Position numbers and translations under genes: made by a program | Shown: positions 27,656 to 38,600 of the stretch, one piece after another | How positions within the stretch are numbered: the first letter of the stretch is position 1 | How the letters are laid out: each line of letters begins with the position of its first letter | Notes under the pieces: model-generated | Database searches by the model: none | Seen by the model: only the letters and a program-made list of their open reading frames with translations | Told to the model about the DNA's origin: nothing | Source: a virus | IMG/VR virus record: IMGVR_UViG_3300025276_000022 | Length of the DNA: 64,000 nucleotides | Strand: one strand, 5' to 3'

Positions 27656-30600
27656 ATGGTAGATTTTACAAACAAGACGTTCGAAGAAACATATAGAGAT
27701 TTCTATAAAGCGGAAGATAGCTATCACCGTGTATTGTTCAAGTCTGGTAAGGCCTTGCAGGCACGTGAATTGATAGAATCACAAACAATCATCCAAGAAG
27801 AGATTGCTCGGTTCGGACGTAATATATTTAAAGAAGGTGCTCTGGTAAATCCAGGCGGCGCAACTGTAGATAACAAACTAGAGTACATTCGTCTGGATCC
27901 TGTTAGCACCCTCTCTACAGATCTACTAGGAAAAACCCTAACTAACGGAACTCTTCTTGATAAGGGTATTGAAGTAAAGGTATTGGAAGTAATAGATGCT
28001 ACAGTAACCGATCCAGTAACTCTTTATGTTCGATATATGGACACCTCCGTAGTAACTGATCATACAGTTGCTCCTCGAATTTCTGCATTAGATACTCTAA
28101 TTGCACTAGACGGGACAGTGTCCTCTAGCATCACCGTTGCCGCAGACAGTGCAATTCCTGCTGCTGGTCGTGGAACTAAAGCATACTTTGCTGCCGGTGA
28201 TTTCTTTGTTCAAGGCCACTTCGTCTATATGGAAGGTGGTAGTGCGTTCATCGACAAATACAGTGCACTCCCTACGACAGACATTGGGTTTTTGATCAAA
28301 CAGAACATCATCACTGAGAGCGAAGATATAAATCTTTTCGACAATCAAGGTGAAGTTCCTGATCAAACCGCCCCAGGCGCACATCGATATCAGATCAAAT
28401 TAATACCTACGACACGTGGACAATTAATCGAAGACGACAACTTTGTCTTTATCGCACGTGTTGTGGATGGAGTTATCACTCGTGAAGTAAGCACGTATGA
28501 TTCATATAACAGAATCAACGATCTTCTCGCACAGAGAACTAAAGAAGAGTCTGGTGACTACGTAGTTGATCCATTCAAAGCAATCTTTGAAGAGAAAGAT
28601 GCGACTAACCTAAACCTAGACGTGACCGAAGGTATTGCATATGTTGATGGGTATCGATTAGAAATCGGTACTACAGATATTACAGTACCAAAGGCAAGAG
28701 ACACTCTTGCTAAAACTAACGAGAGCGTTGAGGCTAGATTCGGTAACTACGTATACATCGATCCAGACACTTGTCAAGGTATGAGTAATTTAAGTTCGTT
28801 TAGTTACGTAAGTATAAAAAACTCAGCAAATGCTGTAATTGGTTATGCTAACATTCGAATGATCGAACAGGATCCTACAGGATACCGTGCGTACTTATTC
28901 AATATTATAATGGACGGTATATTCGCGACAGGCGGTGTACGGATAGGTACCGAAAACTTCTCGGATGCTGCAACTTTAAACGAAACTGAGAGTGGTGACG
29001 TATTACCTTTGGTTAGTAGTGTCCTTTATGCTACTGCTGACAATACTTTGCTCTTCCCTTTACCTAATAAAAGTCCTACCAAAGATGCGATTACCGCCAC
29101 CTATACCGCACAGGTATATCATGAAGTAACCGCAAGCGGTTCCGGAGAAATCTCTATAGCAGGTACCGAATATACTAATTGGGTGATCGCTGAAGATGCA
29201 GGCCCGATTCTCACAAATACTGCTATTAGTGGGACGTACTCTGGACTAACTCCTAGCGGCAACTACAAAGTTCTATCTTTTGAAGAAGTGACTTCCGCAC
29301 CACGTAAGAAGACGATCACTGCAGCGACAGTGATACAGCCAATACCTGCTGAAGACAATCAGAAACGTCCTATCAGTCTAAACGTCGCAGACGCCATAGC
29401 AATACAATCGGTGGAACATAGACTGACCGCCAATGATCCTTGGGTTGATATAACATATCAGTTCACATTAGATGGTGGACAGAGAGACAATTTCTATGAC
29501 CTTGCACAAGCACTTGTCAAGCCAGGATATCTCATTCCACATGGTGCAGATTCCGAAGTTAAAGTCGAGTTTACATACTACGTACATGAGTCCATCGGCC
29601 AATACTTTGCTGCAAGTTCATATGACTTAGATGACTATGATGAGATTCCTAGTCACACCACCGCTACAGGTGAAGTAATTTCTCTACGTGATGTATTAGA
29701 TTTCCGTCCCGTGAGACAATCTGATCAGGAATTTAAGATTTTCCCATTACCGCAGAATTCTTCGTCAATTACTATTTCTGCAATATCGTACTACTTACCA
29801 CGTATCGATATACTTGTTGCTAATGCTACAGACAGTCGAGGTAATATTGGGTTCGGTGAGTTGCAGATTATTCAAGGGGAATCTTCGGAGAGTCCACGTG
29901 AACCAGAAGTTCCTACAGGTTCTCTCGCACTGTACAAATTCAAATTGAATGCATACACCTTTGGAACTACTGATCTATCAAGCACTTATGTTCCTAACAA
30001 ACGTTTCACGATGAAAGATATCGGTAAACTATCAGAAAGAGTTGAAGATCTATATGAACTAACGACTCTGAGTCTCTTAGAGAGTAACACCAACTCATTA
30101 AATGTATTGGATGCTAATGGTCTTTCTAGAACCAAGGCAGGATTTATTGCAGACAACTTTACAGACTTCACTTTCTCAGATATTAACAACTCGGAATATC
30201 GAGCTTCTATCGATCCCAATGGTCGGTTGAAACCTTCTTTCCGTGAGAACTCAGTACGAATGGTTTATAGTTCAGACAACACAACTTCTGTTACTAAGAA
30301 GGGTGATCTAGTAACTCTACCGTACACTGATGTTTCGTTGGTATCACAGTTGTTAGCGACTAGTCCAATGAATGTTAACCCATTCTCGGTCATTACTCAG
30401 ACAGGACACATGAACCTATCACCATCATCGGATGAATGGGTAGAGACTCGTGACCTTCCTGCTATCATGCAAACTACAATTCGTAGATTTGATGAAACTC
30501 GCATGGAAGACTTTGAGACACGTCCGGGCTTGCGTATAGGAAGAAATACTAATAATTTCGGTAACAGTGGACTATTCACTACTATACCTAGAGATGTTTC

Positions 30601-32617
30601 TTTTAGAACAGCCTCACGAAGTATTCAAGACTTCATCGGCGAGAGAGTTGCAGATGTAGAAATAATTCCATTCATGCGTTCTCGTAGAATTAACTTTACT
30701 GTTAAAGGACTACGACCTAATACTAAGATGTTCGCATTCTTTGGTGGGGTCGAGGTCAGTGCATGGGTACGTCAAGAAGTAACCGCAACCAATTTCTCTG
30801 ATGATACTCAAGAGTTTGGTAGTCAGTATGCAAACACGCCTGGATACCCTGCAGCTCTTGGTGGAGCAACTCCGTTAGAAACGGATGCTCAGGGTGGAAT
30901 AATCGGTACGTTCTTCCTACCGAACACTCCAGCTATAAACTTCCGTACCGGCACACAGGAATTCAAACTATTAGATGTAATTGTTGATGACGAATCTGAA
31001 GCACTTTGTACTACCCGTGCAACATACACCTCTACAGGTACAATTGAAAGCGTACAGAGAAGTGTACGTAGTACTCGTTTGGTAGGTAGACGTGCGGATA
31101 GAAGAGATCCTCTTGCACAGACTTTCTTTGTAGATCAAATAGAACACCCTAACGGTATGTTCTTGACTAAGACACGAATCTTCGTAGAAACTGCCGATCA
31201 GAATATCCCACTACAGGTACAGATCCGTTCTGTAGAGAACGGTGTTCCTACAAACATTATCTTACCGGGCGCTGTTAAGTTTATTGATCCTGCTGATATT
31301 ACGGTATCACCTTCTTCTGATGTAGAACTAGATGGGTATGGAATATCTTACTTATCAGGTAGACCAACAGAAATAGAATTCGATGAGCCAATTTACTTGA
31401 CAAGTGGCGAAGAGTATGCGATAATACTCCTTGCTGAGTCGGTAGAGTACAATGTATATGTTGCCGAGACTTACAAGAACGTAATCGGTTCACGTAGTGA
31501 TAGAGTTAATAAACAACCTACTCTAGGTTCGTTATTCTTATCACAGAATGGATTTACTTGGACACCCGATCAAACTAAAGACCTCATGTTCGAATTAGAT
31601 CGTGCAGAGTTTAGTGCTACGGGTACACTTCTTCTTGATAATGCCCCTTTACCGAAGGTTACTCTAGGAACAGATCCTTTTGAAACTACGTCAGGTTCTT
31701 CTCTAGTTTCTGTTAAACACGAAGGCCATGGTTTCACTTCTGGGGACACTGTCTCTATATCTGACGTAACCAATGGTACAGGTGGTTTAGTTGAATCTGA
31801 CCTAGAAGGTTCATTCCTCGTTATAACCCCAACGTGGGAAGGTTATACTATAGACGTAACGACAACAGCATCTGCTAGTGCCGTAGGTGGTGGTAATGAC
31901 GTGACTGCATCTCAACAAGTAATGTTTGATCAGTTCGTTCCATTAATACAGACAATCACTCCTAATACAACCTCAGTTACGGCCCTTGGCAGTACTGCGG
32001 AAGGTTCATCGTATGGTAGCGGTCGTTCTTCTACAACGCCAACCAACCTGTATAATACTACAGGAAACCAATTGGTCTTCTTGAATGATATCAATCTCAA
32101 CACCACACCGAAGGTTGTGTCTACACAAGATAATGCAGGAACATCTCCTAACATGTCTTTTACTATTAGTTTGTCTACTCAGGACTCTAAGGTTTCTCCG
32201 GTAATTGATCTACAACGAGTCTCGGTTCTTACTCTTGAGAATGTTATTGGTAATGATGATGCTGCACAACATATCACAATACCTACAGTTATCGATGAAC
32301 CATCGGTTGGTCTGAAGATTATATTCGCAGCAAACCGACCTTCAACCTCAGAGTTTGAGGTGTATATCAAAACTGCAACTGATGAAGATAGTTTAGGCCA
32401 AGTTGACGTTGAAGGTGATTCCATAATCGATTGGGTATTAGCACCTATCGATAAGACAATCCCTTCTGATGAGGATTCTGAAGTATTCCGTGACTATGAA
32501 TATTCAGTCGATATCGACTTATTCTCAGTATTCCAAGTGAAGATTGTGATGAAGTCTACCAACTCAAGTAAGTCCCCTATTATAAGAGACCTTCGTGCGA
32601 TTGCTTTGGTAGTATAA
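27656..32617 (+). CDS. large baseplate-associated virion protein (DUF4815/VrlC-like)
   Basis: YHRVLFK.G.ALQAREL.E.Q, APGAHR, RT.EESGDY.V.PF, G.AYV.GY, DPLAQTF, P.I.DLRAIAL end. Confidence 0.85.
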   Translation: MVDFTNKTFEETYRDFYKAEDSYHRVLFKSGKALQARELIESQTIIQEEIARFGRNIFKEGALVNPGGATVDNKLEYIRLDPVSTLSTDLLGKTLTNGTLLDKGIEVKVLEVIDATVTDPVTLYVRYMDTSVVTDHTVAPRISALDTLIALDGTVSSSITVAADSAIPAAGRGTKAYFAAGDFFVQGHFVYMEGGSAFIDKYSALPTTDIGFLIKQNIITESEDINLFDNQGEVPDQTAPGAHRYQIKLIPTTRGQLIEDDNFVFIARVVDGVITREVSTYDSYNRINDLLAQRTKEESGDYVVDPFKAIFEEKDATNLNLDVTEGIAYVDGYRLEIGTTDITVPKARDTLAKTNESVEARFGNYVYIDPDTCQGMSNLSSFSYVSIKNSANAVIGYANIRMIEQDPTGYRAYLFNIIMDGIFATGGVRIGTENFSDAATLNETESGDVLPLVSSVLYATADNTLLFPLPNKSPTKDAITATYTAQVYHEVTASGSGEISIAGTEYTNWVIAEDAGPILTNTAISGTYSGLTPSGNYKVLSFEEVTSAPRKKTITAATVIQPIPAEDNQKRPISLNVADAIAIQSVEHRLTANDPWVDITYQFTLDGGQRDNFYDLAQALVKPGYLIPHGADSEVKVEFTYYVHESIGQYFAASSYDLDDYDEIPSHTTATGEVISLRDVLDFRPVRQSDQEFKIFPLPQNSSSITISAISYYLPRIDILVANATDSRGNIGFGELQIIQGESSESPREPEVPTGSLALYKFKLNAYTFGTTDLSSTYVPNKRFTMKDIGKLSERVEDLYELTTLSLLESNTNSLNVLDANGLSRTKAGFIADNFTDFTFSDINNSEYRASIDPNGRLKPSFRENSVRMVYSSDNTTSVTKKGDLVTLPYTDVSLVSQLLATSPMNVNPFSVITQTGHMNLSPSSDEWVETRDLPAIMQTTIRRFDETRMEDFETRPGLRIGRNTNNFGNSGLFTTIPRDVSFRTASRSIQDFIGERVADVEIIPFMRSRRINFTVKGLRPNTKMFAFFGGVEVSAWVRQEVTATNFSDDTQEFGSQYANTPGYPAALGGATPLETDAQGGIIGTFFLPNTPAINFRTGTQEFKLLDVIVDDESEALCTTRATYTSTGTIESVQRSVRSTRLVGRRADRRDPLAQTFFVDQIEHPNGMFLTKTRIFVETADQNIPLQVQIRSVENGVPTNIILPGAVKFIDPADITVSPSSDVELDGYGISYLSGRPTEIEFDEPIYLTSGEEYAIILLAESVEYNVYVAETYKNVIGSRSDRVNKQPTLGSLFLSQNGFTWTPDQTKDLMFELDRAEFSATGTLLLDNAPLPKVTLGTDPFETTSGSSLVSVKHEGHGFTSGDTVSISDVTNGTGGLVESDLEGSFLVITPTWEGYTIDVTTTASASAVGGGNDVTASQQVMFDQFVPLIQTITPNTTSVTALGSTAEGSSYGSGRSSTTPTNLYNTTGNQLVFLNDINLNTTPKVVSTQDNAGTSPNMSFTISLSTQDSKVSPVIDLQRVSVLTLENVIGNDDAAQHITIPTVIDEPSVGLKIIFAANRPSTSEFEVYIKTATDEDSLGQVDVEGDSIIDWVLAPIDKTIPSDEDSEVFRDYEYSVDIDLFSVFQVKIVMKSTNSSKSPIIRDLRAIALVV

Positions 32618-32850
32618 TGAAAAGTTATCAGCGAGTCAAGGGGCATAGTAACTTAGTAAGGGATACACGAACTGGCGTTATACTAAATACAAACAAGACA
32701 GAAATAGAAACGTCAAAAAAACTAAAACTAGTACAACAAGAAAAAGACCAACGAATTACACGTCTTACCGACGAAGTGGACACTCTTAGAAATGATGTCC
32801 AACAAATAAAAGAATTGCTTTTTCGTTTAGTAGAGGATAAACATGAGTAA
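32617..32850 (+). CDS. small conserved T4-like protein following DUF4815 gene
   Basis: VKGH.NLVRD..TG.I.N plus C-terminal coiled coil. Confidence 0.75.
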   Translation: MKSYQRVKGHSNLVRDTRTGVILNTNKTEIETSKKLKLVQQEKDQRITRLTDEVDTLRNDVQQIKELLFRLVEDKHE

Positions 32851-33919
32851 CACTATACAATCAGTCCATCTCGCAGACAACATCAACGCGGCCTTTGATA
32901 AGATCAATGAGAACTTTGAACTCGTCGCAACGGGTGTGTTTGGTGGGACGGTGGACTTTACAGATGTTGATGCTGGGATCGCAGCAAATGCTTCTGCATT
33001 ATCTTCCCTTACCACTAGTATCACTAACATTGATGGCACTTTAACTATACTGGCATCGGATGTCACATCTCTATCGACATCACTGACCGACACTCAAGCA
33101 GGCATTACCGCAAATTCTACTGCGATGGCATCGCTTACTAGTAGTATCACACAGACAGAAAATTCACTCGTTATACTTGCGCAAGACATAGTAGACTTAG
33201 AAACTAATTTTACTGGCAACATAACCATAGACTCAGATTTGGTAGTTTCTGTACTTGCAAATAGCACCGCATTCTCTGGATTGGAGTCTTCGATTACGGT
33301 CGTCGATGGTAGAGTTACTGCTCAATCTTCGGACATTACTGAGTTGTCTAATGAGATTTCCATTGTAGATTCCGACAATAAAGTTTTGATCGCAGCGGAA
33401 GGTAACGCACGTTCAGCACTAACCTCTTTAGTGTCCACTAATGGAAATAATATATCCACGATTCAGGGAAGTATTACTGCCCTCACAGGTAAAATAGACA
33501 CAGTAGACTCAGATGGTAACCCCACCACTTTCGTTGCACTAGCAACAGAGTCACTACAGGCGGAAGTCTCGCGAGTAGAAGGATTGATAACAACAAATTC
33601 TACTTGGGGTATAGACCTAGTTGCTGGTACCGAAGCCAATCCACATATTGCTGGTATCAAGTTCGGTAATGACGGTGCAACCGCAGATTTCGCATTGACC
33701 GCAGACACATTCAAGATTATCAATGCTTCTAATAACGAAATTCAACCATTCACTATTTCTGGTAATGAAATACAATTGTCAAATGCGACAGTTACAGGGA
33801 ATCTAAATATAGGTTCAAACTTGAGTGGTGCGCGTACCGTAATTACAGACGATGTCACTAAGGTATTTGACGCGAATAATCAACTACGTGTTGCACTAGG
33901 TAATCTAACCGGAATATAG
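32843..33919 (+). CDS. short coiled-coil fibre with lambda-J/DUF1983-like C-terminus (paralogue of 17275-21207)
   Basis: KINENF anchor motif; IAGIKFGNDG...FALTADTFKI...PFTI.G..I.LSNATVTG.L.I...LRVALGNL. Confidence 0.75.
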   Translation: MSNTIQSVHLADNINAAFDKINENFELVATGVFGGTVDFTDVDAGIAANASALSSLTTSITNIDGTLTILASDVTSLSTSLTDTQAGITANSTAMASLTSSITQTENSLVILAQDIVDLETNFTGNITIDSDLVVSVLANSTAFSGLESSITVVDGRVTAQSSDITELSNEISIVDSDNKVLIAAEGNARSALTSLVSTNGNNISTIQGSITALTGKIDTVDSDGNPTTFVALATESLQAEVSRVEGLITTNSTWGIDLVAGTEANPHIAGIKFGNDGATADFALTADTFKIINASNNEIQPFTISGNEIQLSNATVTGNLNIGSNLSGARTVITDDVTKVFDANNQLRVALGNLTGI

Positions 33920-33926
33920 GTGTGTT

Positions 33927-34208
33927 ATGAGTTACGGACTATACATTTCTGATGGTGTTAATGGAGCAGTTATTACAAACTCCAATAATATTTTTAATGA
34001 GGAAATATACCAGTCTCAGGCTGGAACTGTTACAGGTAATAGCACCCTTGATTTGAATATAGAAGATGTTGGTAATCCGGCATTAATATCTATAGAATTA
34101 ACAACAAACAATAGTGTAGAATTCTCGACTTCCGGAAATACATTATCGTTACAGAACCCTCTATCTGGGGACTACGCATTCAATTTAAAAGTTTTTAGGT
34201 TCCAATAA
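33927..34208 (+). CDS. small fibre-associated protein (MSYG type)
   Basis: MSYGLYISDG; same position as 21225-21539 in the paralogous module. Confidence 0.65.
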   Translation: MSYGLYISDGVNGAVITNSNNIFNEEIYQSQAGTVTGNSTLDLNIEDVGNPALISIELTTNNSVEFSTSGNTLSLQNPLSGDYAFNLKVFRFQ

Positions 34209-34981
34209 TGTCAGATGATTATGGGTTGGTTGTAAAAAACAATAATGGCGGTGTCATGTTTGATTCTCGTAAGGGAATGAGCAGTTACGTCGTAAGAGAA
34301 ATCGGGACAGGAGTTGAAACTTCATTCACCTTAAACGACGGTGATATGGTATTTGCTAAACGACCATCAAGCACTTCTAATAATTGGTGGACGGATAAGA
34401 TAATATTTGGAAGTAGTACCCTCGGCCCACTGGGCCCACCGGAAAACCCTAGGTCATATGGATTCTATGCATTCACAGATTTATCGTCAGGCGTATCGGC
34501 AGAAGTCAACCCAGTCGTAATGGATTACTTTGTTGTGACACATGCAAAGAACATAGATGTTAGTTCCGAAGACTATGGTTTGATAGTAAAAAATAGTGAT
34601 GGTACTCTTCAATTTGACAGTCGTTCGATAAAGAACGGTCAGCACTTTTTGATCACAGACTACTATCCACCTAGAACTTTTGACGGTGACCCATATAGTG
34701 CACCAGTAGGTGGACTAGGAGATATGGATGGTTACTGGTCGATGAATTGGACGACGGGACTTGATATTGCAAATGATGTTGCAGCAATATCAGTACGTGG
34801 ACTGAAATGGATAGGTGTAAGTTCCAGTGCAGGAGCAACAGGGCCCGTGATCGAAGCATTCTTTGATGTTGGTGGTGAAGAAGGTGGATTTGATGGTGGA
34901 GAGGGTGGTGGCTCAACAGTTTCTACAAGAACGTACGAAAACCGAATAAACGGTATGATTCTGGGTGCAGAACTAATTTAA
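34208..34981 (+). CDS. fibre-tip-associated protein, paralogue of N-domain of 21539-25759
   Basis: YGL.VKN..G...FDSR twice; shares GD..F.KRP, MDYFVV and F.I..Y.PP with 21539 protein. Confidence 0.7.
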   Translation: MSDDYGLVVKNNNGGVMFDSRKGMSSYVVREIGTGVETSFTLNDGDMVFAKRPSSTSNNWWTDKIIFGSSTLGPLGPPENPRSYGFYAFTDLSSGVSAEVNPVVMDYFVVTHAKNIDVSSEDYGLIVKNSDGTLQFDSRSIKNGQHFLITDYYPPRTFDGDPYSAPVGGLGDMDGYWSMNWTTGLDIANDVAAISVRGLKWIGVSSSAGATGPVIEAFFDVGGEEGGFDGGEGGGSTVSTRTYENRINGMILGAELI

Positions 34982-34990
34982 GAGGAACAC

Positions 34991-35431
34991 ATGATTTATT
35001 ATATTGCGACCATTAAAAACGGTCAGATACAAACATTGAAATTAGCAAGCGGAGATAACGCAGCTGAAGGAGTCCAAGAAAATGGGACAACTTTAGTACA
35101 CATTGATTTTCCCATTGACAATCGAATAGAATTTATCGAGACTAATTACTGGGACGGTAAGTGGTTACAAAGAGAACGTCCACCAAATGAACACTCTTCG
35201 TGGAATGGGTCATCGTGGGAATGGGATCTAGAATCCTTAATGCCCCAAGTAAGATCTGTCCGTAATGCTATGTTAGTGAGAAGTGACTGGACTCAAATGC
35301 CAGACTCTCCATTATCAGAAGATGACAAGTTAGACTGGCAAATATATCGTGAGGAACTAAGAAGTCTATCTTTTGTCCAAGATAATATATCTAATGTAAA
35401 AGATGTGGACTGGCCAGCAGAACCAAAATAA
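34991..35431 (+). CDS. tail fibre assembly chaperone (Tfa/Phage_tail_APC-like)
   Basis: RN.ML..SDWTQMPDSPL......W..YR..LR.L......V.WP..PK. Confidence 0.85.
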   Translation: MIYYIATIKNGQIQTLKLASGDNAAEGVQENGTTLVHIDFPIDNRIEFIETNYWDGKWLQRERPPNEHSSWNGSSWEWDLESLMPQVRSVRNAMLVRSDWTQMPDSPLSEDDKLDWQIYREELRSLSFVQDNISNVKDVDWPAEPK

Positions 35432-35435
35432 TTAC

Positions 35436-35490
35436 TTGCTATTTTCCAGATGATAGTGTATAATGATGTATGTTGCATACACTATAAATA
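35436..35490 (+). promoter_or_regulatory. sigma70-like promoter followed by late promoter
   Basis: TTGCTA (35436-41), 17-nt spacer, TATAAT (35459-64); TATAAATA (35483-90). Confidence 0.65.
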
Positions 35491-35512
35491 CATTTGAAGA
35501 AGCGGCTTAAAT

Positions 35513-35546
35513 ATGTGCATGAACTTCGGTTATGCACATTTTTTTT
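35513..35546 (+). terminator. intrinsic terminator
   Basis: ATGTGCAT-GAAC-TTCG-GTT-ATGCACAT then T run; cUUCGg loop. Confidence 0.85.
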
Positions 35547-35548
35547 AT

Positions 35549-35556
35549 TATAAATA
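35549..35556 (+). promoter_or_regulatory. T4-type late promoter
   Basis: TATAAATA immediately after terminator, upstream of 35607 gene. Confidence 0.85.
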
Positions 35557-35606
35557 AACAGGTCATTAACAAATAAACTTTAACTTTAGCTAAAGAGAAA
35601 GCAAAC

Positions 35607-38600
35607 ATGTCAGCATCTAGTATACCTCTAAAAATTAAGAATAGCGATGGTGACCTACAGGAACTTACCCCAGCAGAAGAGATGTATCTCGCTGTAAAGG
35701 TAGGTGAAGCACTTGCAGAGGCCTCTGCTGGTGATATAGGCGATATCAGTCTCACCAATGGTGATAACATAGGTTCATTCGTAGATTCATTCTATAATGA
35801 AGCATCGGGCACACACCCTATGTCTAACATCACTGGTACTACAGTAACCACTACCTTGAAACAGGTTGGTGGCTCTGCGAGTGAATCTGGTAGCAATTTT
35901 GCCCGTCCTGTCGGTTATTATGCAGATAATGCAAATCCTGGCTTCTACGAAATGGTAGATGCAGATTTGGATAATCTAACAAATCGCGCACTTGTGAATC
36001 TTGAAACCTTAGAACTTCAAGGTGCATTCACACTTTCGTCCACATCGCCTGGCGGTGATTGGGCAAAACATATTGACACAGTATTCTCAGATACTCGTGG
36101 AGACGGAACTTCGATAGACTTCCATATTTGGAAGAAAACCGCACTTGCATCACCCCCAGCTGGTATTGTAACCACTCGGCCAGTTGCAACCGATTATGAT
36201 GGATCCTCAGCATTTAGCGGTCTAAAAGAAATGTCTGACGCAGAGATCAAGTACACTCTCGGTCAACGTGCTAAGTCACTTAGGTCGACAGCAGGAGCCA
36301 TTGGTTCTTATCAACTTCGTTCATCTGTACAAGGCGCTCCAACCTCAGCCGGAACTTGGGTTCCTCGTGGTACTGCCGCGAATACTCAACGTACTATTGT
36401 TGATGGAACTTATTCTCGCACTCGTGCTTCTGCATATGCTCGTACAAGAGTTTCTGCATACAGTCGTAATCGTGTATCAACTTATACTCGCAACAGCGTA
36501 GATACATTTGCACGTACGTTTGCTGGTGAATATACTGGTACATATTCTCGTGAATTTGCCGGTGAATATACACGTGGCTATGCAGGGGATTACACTAGAA
36601 CTCGTCCCTCAACATATACCCGAAATCGATTAACTGCGTTCACTGGTTACTTTGCTGGTACTTACAACCGTGCAAGAGTTTCAGTATACACACGCAATCG
36701 TGTAACACCATTTACCGGAACCTTCTCACGTACTCGTGCATCAGCATACACACGTGGTCGTGTTTCAACTTACGCAGGGACTTACGCAAGAACTCGTACT
36801 TCTGTTTACACAGCGGATTATACTCGTGCCCGTGTATCAACGTACACCGGAACTTACGCAGGAGTTTATTCTCGTAACCGTGTATCTGCATATGCTGGAA
36901 CTTACTCACGTACACGTTCTTCTGCTTATAGTCAACCATATACTCGTACACGTACTTCTGCATACTCTGCGGATTATACTCGTACACGTATAACTAACTA
37001 CACACGTGATCGTGTAACCAACTTTGCTGGCGTTTTCTCTCGTGCTCGTGTTTCTACATATACTCGTAATCGCGTTACAAACTTTGCTGGAAACTTCGTT
37101 GGTAACTATGCTCGTGGATTCGTAGGTAACTATTCTCGTGGATTCGTAGGTAACTACGCTCGTGGATATGCTGGCGACTTCGTCGGTAACTACGCTCGTG
37201 TTTCTACTCGTACATCTACTCGTACTCGTTACTCTGCATACGCTCGTACATCTACTCGTACTCGTTACTCTGCATATGCTCGTGACCGTGTCACTAACTT
37301 TGCTGGTGACTTCGTAGGTAACTACGCAACAACCTTTACTGGCAACTTTGCGGGCAACTATTCAAGAGACCGTGTAACAACCTTTACTGGTGACTTCGTA
37401 GGTAACTACGCAACAACCTTTACTGGCAACTTTGCGGGCAACTATTCAAGAGACCGTGTCACTAACTTTGCTGGCGATTTCGTAGGTAACTATGCAACAA
37501 CCTTTACTGGCAACTTCGCAGGTGATTACGCAAGAACTTCTACTAGAACTTCTACGCGTACACTAGACTATACTCGTTATTTGTACTATACTGGCAACTT
37601 TGCGGGCAACTATTCAAGAGACCGTGCATTCTCATATGTTGGAGATTACTCTAGAGCTCGTGCACAAGGAACTTCGTACACTGGTAACTATGGTCGTACT
37701 AGAACAGGTAGCTACACTGGTAACTATGCACGTACTCGTACTGCTTCTTACCTCGGTAACTATACTGGTAACTTCGCTGGTAACTATATCGGTAACTATA
37801 CACGAAACCTGATCTCAACTCGGACAAGTATTACCCTCGGAGGAACATCATATTATGCTCGATTCGTGTATAATCCATACATGGGAGAACTGGTTCCGGT
37901 TTTCTATACCCGTACTGCAGCGACCGCATATTACGCTGGTAACTTTGTTACTACCATGGCGTATACGACAGACTCCACACGTGCCTACCCGATGGCCTTT
38001 ACTAGGAATCGTGCCGCGAGCTATGTAGGCGACTATGCTCGTGTCCGTGCATTCTCTTATGTTGGAGACTACTCAAGAGCTCGTGCCCACACTCTTTACT
38101 ACACTGGTAACTATGGTCGTACTAGAACAGGTAGCTACACTGGTAACTATGCACGTACAAGTACTCGATCTAGCAATGTTCTCGCATATTACGGTAGAAC
38201 TGGATATTATGCTGGTGACTTTGTTGGTAACTATGGTCGTACTCGCGTAACTAACTATGTTGGTGATTTCACTAGAACTCGTGTAACTAACTATGCTGGA
38301 AATTTCGTTGGTAACTATGGTCGTACTCGTGTAACTAACTATGTTGGCGACTTTGCTAGAACTCGCGTAACTAACTATGCTGGTAACTTTGTCGGTAACT
38401 ATGGTCGTACTCGTGTAACTAACTATGTTGGTGACTTTAGTCGCAACCGTGTAACTAACTTCGCTGGTAACTTCGTCGGTAACTATGCTCGTGCATATGC
38501 TGGTGATTATGTTGGTAACTATGCTCGCGCATATGCTGGCGACTTCGCTGGTAACTATACTGGTGATTACGCTCGTACTTCTACAAGAACTCGTTACTCT

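Noticed and set aside
37623-38158. Diversity-generating retroelement TR/VR pair (also 50157/51723)
   Set aside because: No reverse transcriptase in the window, both copies lie within one ORF, and differences are mostly synonymous rather than adenine-specific.
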